The notes beneath the pieces are model-generated. The model saw only the letters and a list, made by a program, of their open reading frames with translations, had not been told where the DNA came from and ran no database searches. A DNA stretch of 61,405 nucleotides, filler included, from Aduncisulcus paluster (taxonomy: Eukaryota), in NCBI GenBank assembly GCA_024181965.1. It is 3 parts of 3 records of this genome, joined end to end, with 100 filler letters (N's around TTAATTAATTAA, not from the genome) between each part and the next. Parts side by side here need not be neighbours in the genome. Positions count along the whole stretch, not along the records: positions 1 to 31,947 come from BQXS01013849.1; 2 more parts are not named here. One strand, written 5' to 3'. The position numbers and the translations under genes were made by a program. Each line of letters starts with the position of its first letter. Position 1 is the first letter of the stretch. Below are positions 1 to 9,498 of the stretch, piece by piece.

Positions 1-304
1 GATTAAAAATAGATTGGCCACCGAGGAAGCTAAATATAGACGCGTGTATCTTCAGTTGGAACAATTAAGGAAATCTGAGGACAAACGTGATAAAATCCTT
101 GCCAAAGATCATCCAATTATAGCCAGGCTTGAGAAGAAAGTCGGTGATCTCACAAATGAGAAGGAATCTATCCAAAGATCATTGGATAATTTGACCGATT
201 CTTGTATTACTTTGAAAAACAAAAATAGAGCTCTGCAACGTGAGATTTCAAATCTCAAATTGAGAGAGACTGAACTTCAGGGGCAGCTTGATAAATGTAT
301 TTAA
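1..304 (+). CDS. 3' part of a coiled-coil protein (5' end outside window); duplicate of 19834-20310
   Basis: Translation is identical to the C-terminal part of ORF 19834..20310. Nucleotides 1-~450 match ~20007-20460 with only a few substitutions. Confidence 0.7.
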   Translation, partial: IKNRLATEEAKYRRVYLQLEQLRKSEDKRDKILAKDHPIIARLEKKVGDLTNEKESIQRSLDNLTDSCITLKNKNRALQREISNLKLRETELQGQLDKCI

Positions 305-478
305 AGATTAAATTTTAAAGATTAAATCTGTATCAAATGCTTCAAATTCTGGCTTTTTATTGAGCAAATGACTCATTATCTCAGTAAAATTAAGTGTTTT
401 TGTTGAGTCAGTGATTCGGTCCTTGAAGGAATGATTTCTGTTCAAAATGAGTCATTCATTTTCTACAGGATTCATTTT

Positions 479-3390
479 CTACAATTTCTTGAGTATCTTG
501 CAGTTATCAAGATATCTTGAATAATCTCCATCAAACGCCCCATTATTCTTGCACCATACCATGCTGGTATCATATTTGGTAGATATGTGAGGAACAAGAG
601 ATGGAACAGTGGAGAACATGGAAATGAGTCTGGACCAGTATTTGATTCCCCGTTTATGTCCTTCCTTCTTCATAACTGTAAACCACATATCAAGAAGATC
701 CTTAACATTATCATACACTTCAACAGCATGTGCTGGATCACAACATAAGTGGGAGAAAAAGCATAAAACTCTTTCATGATTATCCCCAACAATCTTATCC
801 CCAACAAACTCTCTCTTAACAACATCAAGAACAGGGTGGAAGAGAGGCCAAGCTTCAGAACACATGGATTTGTTGGGGGTTGAATTATCACTGGAGAGGG
901 TGATTGTTGATAGAATAAGCATCCATCTTCCATAACACTTACTATCATTGTATATCCTCAACCAATCTAAGATATATGGTTTGATGAGGGTGAGAATAGA
1001 GGATCGAGTGGAAGAAGAGGGAGAATTAGAGATGTTTTTGATAGTTTTTAATAAGTTTAGAGCAACACCACCTCCCAACTTCTCCTTACTTCCTCTCTCA
1101 AGAATACGTTGGAAAGTGGGGGAGATCTTTGGAAGGAAGGAATCCTTTATGTGTTTAACTTTGAAAGTATAACCCGTACAAATACTACAATACTCTCCAT
1201 AAACATCTCCATCCAACACTTCCTCACATCTTGATAGATGACCAATGAAAGTGTCAATGAGATCATTCAGATCAGGAATAGGGAGATAGATCTTATTTCC
1301 AGAAATAAAATGTCTAACAAACCACCTTAAACACTGAACACAAATGACAATCTCTCTCTTGTGCTCTTCAATTTCACTCTTTGATTGGAATGCAAGGAAG
1401 ACAGAGAGAATCTCATCTCGATGTTCATGGTAGAGTTTGGAAGTAGATTCTGAGTCAGGGGATTTCTTAATTTTATCGACTAGATCAAATATAACTCGAT
1501 GATCAACTTTTCTCATCAGTCTCGCTGTTTTGAGTTCTTCTCTCTTCCTCTTCTCTTCTTCAAGCTTCAATTTCTGTTTCAAGGCTTCAACTTCTTTGGC
1601 TTGACGATCAATTTCTTTCCTCAAATCTTCTTCCTCTTTTCCCTTTTCTTCTTTTTCTTCTTTTGAAGCACTTGAACTTGTACTTGAACTTGCACTTGTT
1701 GTCTTGGATTCTGATGGACGACTCAAACTCAAACCATCATCCCAATTTGGTTTTAACACAACACTTTGAATTGAAGCATCTTCCTCAACAATGCATCCAG
1801 AATCACCTTTATGCTTGGCAACCTGAGCCTTCACAATATCGTCAATGGATGGACATTCCCACCCTTCTCCAATCTTTGGAAGAAGAGGTTTGATGGATTG
1901 AACTTTCTCACAGGCTTCATGAACACTCATACGTTCATCTTCATTGAGTTTGGTAAGACCAATGAATACTTCATTCAAAACCTTATGAACAAGTTCGTAT
2001 TTCCTATCTTCAATGGTTAACAAAGACTTAAACAAATGAGATTGAGAGAGACGTGGACACATATCATTTTCCATCAAACGCTTTAATAATTTCATAATAT
2101 CAAATTCATCAGCTTCTTCTAGGCGAACTTTCCTAAAAACCTCTCTGAAGATGGGCAATGAAGTGAAAGGTGGCTCACATAAGAATAACGCCAGGATCGA
2201 CATTCCAAGAGAATATCCATCGCTCTTTTGAGTCTGAGTCCCATCCAAAAGAGTTTCATACGAGTTGAACACAAGAGTTCCACATCTGGAATTCTTTTGT
2301 TTTGTCTTTTCTTTCCCTTCGCCCTGGATGGCTGATTTAGAAAACGTTGAAGAAGAGATAGAATCTAAAATTTGAACCATTCCAAGATCAGAGAGAACAA
2401 TGGTAGATTCTCCATCTTTGGGATCAACACGAACAAGGAAGTTGTCAGGCTTAATGTCTCGGTGAATAAGGTCGGGCTTGGCTTTGAACACTTCGGAAAG
2501 ACACTCGATCATTCCAACACACAATGCACTCTCAGAGGATCAAGAGTCATGGGGTCAATGCGAGTGGAGCTTGAGTCAGAGTCAGAGTCAGAGCTTGAGT
2601 CAGAGCTTGAATCGGAGTCAGAGTCAGAGTCAGAGCTTGAGTCTTCAGATTCAACAGAGGAGCTTGAACAGCCACGTCCATACTTGCCTCCAACACACCA
2701 ACTCCTGGAAAAGTCTTTCACACTGCCTCCAATACAAAACTCCATGCAAAACCCATACACGCCTTTGTAGTCCTCGTCAAGAAGGTCAAGAATGTAGATG
2801 GGGCGAGGGATACGGTTGAAACATTTGGGGTTCATGAACAGCTTCACTTGGACCTTGAATTCCTTGCNNNNNNNNNNNNNNNNNNNNNNNNNNNNNNNGC
2901 TTGAATCGGAGTCAGAGTCAGAGTCAGAGCTTGAGTCTTCAGATTCAACAGAGGAGCTTGAACAGCCACGTCCATACTTGCCTCCAACACACCAACTCCT
3001 GGAAAAGTCTTTCACACTGCCTCCAATACAAAACTCCATGCAAAACCCATACACGCCTTTGTAGTCCTCGTCAAGAAGGTCAAGAATGTAGATGGGGCGA
3101 GGGATACGGTTGAAACATTTGGGGTTCATGAACAGCTTCACTTGGACCTTGAATTCCTTGCGACACGCTTTGAGTACGTTCTTATCACCAACTCGCACCA
3201 GTTTCTTCAGAACGCATGGTTGAGAAACACCGTCAATACTCACAATGTAAACGGCACCGAACCCACCTTTGCCACACGGACACAAGCACCTTAGAGCTGA
3301 CGCAGAGGTGAGAGTCTTGTCGTCTTGTTTACGTTTGTGCCCAGATCTCGAGGTTTTTGATACTTTTGATGTAGATTTGTCTTTGCCCAT
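479..3390 (-). CDS. Ser/Thr protein kinase - Ser-rich/coiled-coil linker - C-terminal ARM-like helical repeats; frameshift near 2530
   Basis: ATG at 3390 (MGKDK). Kinase motifs GKGGFG, VLKK, MEFC, HRDIKPDN, DLG, CGT, KSDGYSLG are split across ORFs 2509..3423 and 479..2524; the frames join at PLRV/ALCVGM. 2899-~3160 repeats ~2605-2867 across an N gap. The C-terminal repeats are homologous to 13771-14469, 20462-21096 and 37612-40308. Confidence 0.8.
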
Positions 3391-4470
3391 TGTAGAAAAC
3401 GGAAGAAACAAGCAACCAACCAATGGAAGATAGAAATAGTCTTAGAGTGTACAAATTACGAACGAATGAATGATGAAGATGCGATTGACCAGCAGACTAG
3501 GAATGCAAATAGAAGGATGGTGAGGAATAACAAAGAGAATAATAATAAATGAAAAAGAACGAAAGGAAAAGCAACAGAAATATTTTTCATGAATCGGGGA
3601 AACATACTGAAATAGCGGCCGAACACAAAAGATTCTCTCGTAGTTGTAACGAAAAGGGCTGGGCTTTTCAGCTTCAGTGTGAGGTGTGGACAGAAGTAAG
3701 GATATTTCATGCTTAAATTATTTTTGCACAGCATTTTATTCATTTTATTTATTTTTGATATTTTTATTATATTATATATTGGATACTTCCAGCAGACTAG
3801 GAATGCAAATAGAAGGATGGTGAGGAATAACAAAGAGAATAATAATAAATGAAAAAGAACGAAAGGAAAAGCAACAGAAATATTTTTCATGAATCGGGGA
3901 AACATACTGAAATAGCGGCCGAACACAAAAGATTCTCTCGTAGTTGTAACGAAAAGGGCTGGGCTTTTCAGCTTCAGTGTGAGGTGTGGACAGAAGTAAG
4001 GATATTTCATGCTTAAATTATTTTTGCACAGCATTTTATTCATTTTATTTATTTTTATCTTTGCCCATTGTAGAAAACGGAAGAAACAAGCAACCAACCA
4101 ATGGAAGATAGAAATAGTCTTAGAGTGTACAAATTACGAACGAATGAATGATGAAGATGCGATTGACCAGCAGACTAGGAATGCAAATAGAAGGATGGTG
4201 AGGAATAACAAAGAGAATAATAATAAATGAAAAAGAACGAAAGGAAAAGCAACAGAAATATTTTTCATGAATCGGGGAAACATACTGAAATAGCGGCCGA
4301 ACACAAAAGATTCTCTCGTAGTTGTAACGAAAAGGGCTGGGCTTTTCAGCTTCAGTGTGAGGTGTGGACAGAAGTAAGGATATTTCATGCTTAAATTATT
4401 TTTGCACAGCATTTTATTCATTTTATTTATTTTTGATATTTTTATTATATTATATATTGGATACTTCCAG
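3380..4470. repeat. Nested tandem duplication/triplication of the kinase gene's upstream region
   Basis: 3491-~3757 recurs at 3791-~4056, and 3380-~3792 recurs at ~4059-4470. The first junction uses CCAG microhomology. No N gap inside. Confidence 0.9.
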
Positions 4471-5390
4471 TTTCTAGTTTGAAATTCTGTCGCTCACGAG
4501 CTTTGCGAGGTTCATGCGTTCGTCGTTTGAAAGCACAATGTTTGGAATAGTGTGATATAAAATTTTGGATAGTCTTGCAATTGTCCGTTGTTGACATCAA
4601 AGGATCGAAAAGTCGCCATTTGGATGGCATCATGACATATCCTTGGAGATACAATGGGATAAAATAATACTTTTTTTCAGAGATATTGCCAACATGGCTT
4701 TCTTTTTGAGAGCTTTCGATTTTCTTTCGATTTTCTTTCGATCCACCGTTTTTCTTTCGATTAGCTAAGATCTGAAATAATATCATCTTTCACGAACTTG
4801 TATGATCTTTGAGAGTTGTATAGTCAGCCCTGATATGACCATTGATGTGTAGGATCAGATTTCTTATCATTGTCCTGATAAGGCTACAATGGGTTACAAG
4901 AGCCATTCTGTGCAATGTTTGTCTAATATTTATTGTAATTCTTAACTTGACTTATCTATCCCTTTTCCCCTCGAGCCCCTGGGATCATCTCGATTTCAGC
5001 CGAATATTTCTCAAAATCTATTTTTAGAATAATTATATTGTTTTATTTTGTGTTGTTCTCGAAATTAGCAACATTTCCATTGTTTTAAAGAGAAAATATT
5101 ACCAAACAACTCCAATAATAATATAAATAACATATTGAAAGAAATTCTATCAAATAATATCAAAAAAATATGTTGAAAATGTAAAATATAAAGTTAAATT
5201 TTCATTTAGCAAATAATAAATTCAATGTATGTTGAAAAATACAGTGTTTTCAATGGGAAATGAACAACAGAACAATCAATATTCGAGAATATTGTTTGTA
5301 AAAAAATATAAATTATTTAAATTATTTGAGGTATAAATTTCTAAATAAATAATATAAATTTCTTTGTCAATTCATATCATTTAAATAGAT

Positions 5391-8300
5391 TCAAAAGAAT
5401 TTCCCAAATTTAATCTGTTCTTCCATTCCAGTGAGACAGATTTGATCAGCTATGGAGACCATCTCTTTTTCTAGTGGTGGAATTAACATTTCCGGAGGTA
5501 ATCCGAGAGAATAAACACTAAATTGTTCGATAGTATTAGCAATAGCTTCAATTCTACGATACCATCGTTCTTCATTTGGTTCAGATACAATTTTTCTGCA
5601 CGATCCACATGTTATGGTAATCCCGGATTCCTTTGAATCCCCACTAAAATATCCAATAAACACACTTTCACAACCTCTACCACTGCCATCTCTATATTTA
5701 GAATGAGAAGAAGAGGAAGAAGAAGAAGAGTAAGAGGAAGAGAACATGATATCGCCACCGAAGCTTTGGTACCTATTTTTAGAATCGGTGCAACAGCAAC
5801 CACCAGTGCAACAGCCACCAGTGCAACAGCAACAGAGACATGAAAGCAGAGATGGGAATTTCTTGATCTGTACATTTCGAACATCACGTCTAAAATTAAG
5901 TTCTCCTTCGCCTCCGTTAATTCTCAGAGCTAAATTATGGAACAAAGTATAATTTTCTTCTGTATATTTGTGAGGCGGTAGTATATATTCAAGAGAAAAT
6001 GGATGGACACTCGTAATGCATGTTCTGGTTGATGGTTCTGGATGTATGAGACCAATTAGTTCATCAGGAGATATTGAGTGCAAGAATTCTATAATTTGTG
6101 CATCACTCACACCATCTATCATACAACCCTTATAACTCCCACCCTTACTTTTATGATGCATTGACCCTAACGAAACGGCTCCTATTTGTGATCGTGGTTC
6201 AGATCGTGGTTCAGATCGAGCTTCAGATCGAGCTTCAGATCGAACTTCAGATCGTGTCTTATATGATATTGGTTTGGATAACAATGATGTTTTCTTTGAT
6301 ATATCACGTTCTTCTTCACTTCTCCACATTTCAGAGGCACATTTACATAACCTGGGTGATGGCACCCAACCTTCAGAAATACAGATTTGTACACAAGATA
6401 ATAGATTATGCGATAAAATATGAGATTGTTCAAGACTTCCACAAACCAAGGCCAATGAAAGCTTCGGTAGCAAAGAAGAAGATGGAGAAGGGAAAGAAGA
6501 GGAAGAAGGAGAGCTATATTTAGAATGAGAAGAAGTACGGGGCAATATATGATCGAATGTTGTAACTTGATCATGAATATCTTGCGATTGAATCGACTGT
6601 CTTTGATATTTCATTTTTTTTCGCAATTCTTTCTCTTCTTTCGCCAGTTCTTTCATTTTCTTTTTATGAATAGCTTTTTGAAGTTTCCTTTCTCGTTTCT
6701 TTTGAGCTTGTTCAGCTTTCCAAGCCTTGGGGTCCAATATAGTCGATTTTGGATACTGATGAGACGAATATAATCCTTCTCCTACTGATCGAGCTGTGCT
6801 ATATATAGAATCTTGAGAACCTACACCATGATCATACGAATCACCAACAGCATCTTCATATGGCTTGGTATTATCATGATAATAATACCCACGCCACTCT
6901 CTCTCTTCTCTCTCTCTCTCTTCTCTTTCTCTCTCTTCTCTCTCTTCTTCTTTCATCATCGTATCCCATTCCTTTCCTCCACGTTCCATCCATCGTTTTA
7001 ACTGTATTTCATATTCTGTTTCATATTCTTTCTCAGAAACAAGCTGGGAACAACCGCCGGCTGCAAACACGCATTCACAACCACTAACTTGTAACGATGG
7101 AAGCACTCTCAAGCGCCCTGTGATAGTGTCTATTGGAAGCCCCAATGAAGCAAATGTTTGAGTACATTTTGAAGTGATTCCCAGGGGAGTTGCCACAATA
7201 AATAAATCAGCTTTAATAATAGAACCATCCGATAAATATACATTATTGATTCGAATATCTTGAATCCTTGAGTTTAACATTATGGAGATATGTGGATATC
7301 GTGACAGAGTGGTCAATACAGCCCGATGTAACATTTCACTGGTCTTCTTCCTTTCTTTTCTCGCTTTTAATATTTCTTTCCATTGCGGAGTTATAATTTG
7401 AGATGAATCTATTTTTATATCTTGATCAATATGATATTGTCTATCTTTAGAACTATCAGTGTGGTGAAGATCTTGCCATGTATTGCATTTTCCACGCTGT
7501 TCTTCAGTGCCACCTTCATCAAATCCAAAAATAGATAATGGATTGAGAATCTTTATCCTAACTGCATCTCCAACAGTTATTTTAAGCCGTTCCCACAGTG
7601 CCATAGCAACTTCGACGACTGTGATACCCCAGCCATATAGACATATGCATGGTATTCTTACACCAGTTGCTAGACTCTCAGAAGCAAGAGAGAACATAGG
7701 TTGTCTCGTTGCTCCAGATGTTATTGTTGCATCAGATGTTATTGTTCCACCAGATATTGTTCCACCAAGACCACGGCTGAGGGTAGACATTGAATCAATT
7801 GAAGTAGTATGGGCAGGTCTAAAGGTATCCAAGGACATTGTTAGTACAGATCTCTGTAATCTCGACATTCTCTTGGCTTGTACTGATGTTCTTTGTGATG
7901 TTGTTTTTTGAGCTGAGGCTGAGCCTGTTCTTTGAGCTAAAGGTGATATGGAAGAAGATTCACCCCCAACTCTTCTTTCTCTTCTTTCTCTTCCTTCCAT
8001 TTGTAATTGTTCGTATTTCCACTTCTCTTCTTTCTCTCTTCTCTCTTTTTCTGCTTCTTCAGCTACCAATCTTTTAAGAGTTTGCACTTTGTCCATTCCA
8101 GCTCTATATAATGCTCCACGATACGCATCTTCACCAAGCTCTCTGGCTCTTGAATGCTTGCCAAAACTGCCTTCAAAATTCTGAACCCGTTTTAGAAACT
8201 GAGAAACTGGATACAGAGTACATAAAGACCTTGGACAAGAAATAGAATCGAAGATAGAGGTAGATTGCACATCAAAATGTGAAGAAAGGAATTCCCCAGA

Positions 8301-9155
8301 GAATAGAGGGTCAATATTGCCCATTTCTTCAGCGAAAGACACCACGTCGTATGAAATGGTGCTCAAAAATGAAGAAAGAAGAGGAGAAGAGGAGGAGGAA
8401 CGAGTTGGGAGTTTTTGAGTTGTAGAAGCGAATTTAACTTCCTTAGATGAACGATATGTTTTAATTACAAGCTTTTTCCCTTCGATATCAAGGCCCGATA
8501 TTGAACCTTTTATGTATCTTGCTCCAGCCCAATCACATAATTGGGGAATGTCGATTGTGCAATCTGTTTCCGGGATACTATTCAGCAATATGGGCAATAA
8601 AGTCGCCGGATGGAAATATATGTCAGTGTCTATATTTAGATAAGCTTGAGAAGAAGGTGTCGAAGCGGAGATAGTGTTAACAAGGGTAACAGACACGCTA
8701 TGAGGAGGAGAGGAGAGGGCGAGAGATACAATGGTGTGTAAATGTACAAGAGATATCCCAACAAGCACAATATGAACGTTGGTACATGGCTTGGGGAGAA
8801 GAAAATCGGGTAAAGTTTCAAGGAGGGGGAAAGAGTGAGTAGAAACTGCTTTAGGAGGGATTAATGGGCTAGGTTCTTCTTTGGAAGGTTGAGAATGTAT
8901 AGGTACAGATTGTGGGGGTTCAGAATGTGAGATAGATCGGCGAGTAGGTGGTTTTGAAGTAGGAATGGGAGGTTTTGAGAGAGGAGGAGATGAATGTAAT
9001 TTTGATGAATGTATAGGCGGTTGTAATTTTGAAGATGAGCGTGGCATTGCTGCTAAATGGGATTCAGAAACAGATATGTCGGATAAATCATCGGCATCTT
9101 CATTAAATCCTGGAGGGACTACGGGAGATACAAAAGTTTTCGCCTTACCGTTCAT
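5391..9155 (-). CDS. Divergent pyridine nucleotide-disulphide oxidoreductase-fold protein (resembles the FAD domain found N-terminal to SelD), with long low-complexity inserts
   Basis: Motifs in order: HIVLVG..HLH, VSVTLVN, DCTIDIPQLCDWAGARYI..GLD, ISYDVVS, VEVAMAL, GRLRVLPSLQ..VFAAG. First in-frame ATG at 9155. Confidence 0.65.
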   Translation of the reverse strand: MNGKAKTFVSPVVPPGFNEDADDLSDISVSESHLAAMPRSSSKLQPPIHSSKLHSSPPLSKPPIPTSKPPTRRSISHSEPPQSVPIHSQPSKEEPSPLIPPKAVSTHSFPLLETLPDFLLPKPCTNVHIVLVGISLVHLHTIVSLALSSPPHSVSVTLVNTISASTPSSQAYLNIDTDIYFHPATLLPILLNSIPETDCTIDIPQLCDWAGARYIKGSISGLDIEGKKLVIKTYRSSKEVKFASTTQKLPTRSSSSSPLLSSFLSTISYDVVSFAEEMGNIDPLFSGEFLSSHFDVQSTSIFDSISCPRSLCTLYPVSQFLKRVQNFEGSFGKHSRARELGEDAYRGALYRAGMDKVQTLKRLVAEEAEKERREKEEKWKYEQLQMEGRERRERRVGGESSSISPLAQRTGSASAQKTTSQRTSVQAKRMSRLQRSVLTMSLDTFRPAHTTSIDSMSTLSRGLGGTISGGTITSDATITSGATRQPMFSLASESLATGVRIPCICLYGWGITVVEVAMALWERLKITVGDAVRIKILNPLSIFGFDEGGTEEQRGKCNTWQDLHHTDSSKDRQYHIDQDIKIDSSQIITPQWKEILKARKERKKTSEMLHRAVLTTLSRYPHISIMLNSRIQDIRINNVYLSDGSIIKADLFIVATPLGITSKCTQTFASLGLPIDTITGRLRVLPSLQVSGCECVFAAGGCSQLVSEKEYETEYEIQLKRWMERGGKEWDTMMKEEEREEREREEREREEREWRGYYYHDNTKPYEDAVGDSYDHGVGSQDSIYSTARSVGEGLYSSHQYPKSTILDPKAWKAEQAQKKRERKLQKAIHKKKMKELAKEEKELRKKMKYQRQSIQSQDIHDQVTTFDHILPRTSSHSKYSSPSSSSFPSPSSSLLPKLSLALVCGSLEQSHILSHNLLSCVQICISEGWVPSPRLCKCASEMWRSEEERDISKKTSLLSKPISYKTRSEVRSEARSEARSEPRSEPRSQIGAVSLGSMHHKSKGGSYKGCMIDGVSDAQIIEFLHSISPDELIGLIHPEPSTRTCITSVHPFSLEYILPPHKYTEENYTLFHNLALRINGGEGELNFRRDVRNVQIKKFPSLLSCLCCCCTGGCCTGGCCCTDSKNRYQSFGGDIMFSSSYSSSSSSSSHSKYRDGSGRGCESVFIGYFSGDSKESGITITCGSCRKIVSEPNEERWYRRIEAIANTIEQFSVYSLGLPPEMLIPPLEKEMVSIADQICLTGMEEQIKFGKFF

Positions 9156-9498
9156 AAATGAATCATATTTCTTTTGGAGACGCGCCAAATATGGACTTTT
9201 GCATAAAATCGTCGATCATTCAATGAAAATTATTATTTCAGGCTTCATGGGGCAATTATATTTGTAAACTAATCATAAAATCATTTAATAATTTTGTACT
9301 TAGCCATCTTAAGTGCTGACAGCAATTTTGTATTTTCATGATAAGATACAAGGACTACCACGTCAAAATCGAAAGAAATAAACGACAAGAAAAGATATTA
9401 ATTTATAAATTTCAAGAAAATCACATTCGTCAAAAAGAATATGAAAAAACGATTTCGCACTTGATAATCACCATTATTTGTCAACATATAGGTTACAA

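Noticed and set aside
2605..3160. Apparent internal duplication in the kinase domain
   Set aside because: Exact repeat on both sides of an N gap, i.e. an unmerged contig overlap. The same pattern occurs at 10948, 45814, 49498 and 51483.
3456..4421. Hydrophobic ORFs in the duplicated upstream region
   Set aside because: Antisense readings of AT-rich repeated non-coding DNA with no recognisable domain.
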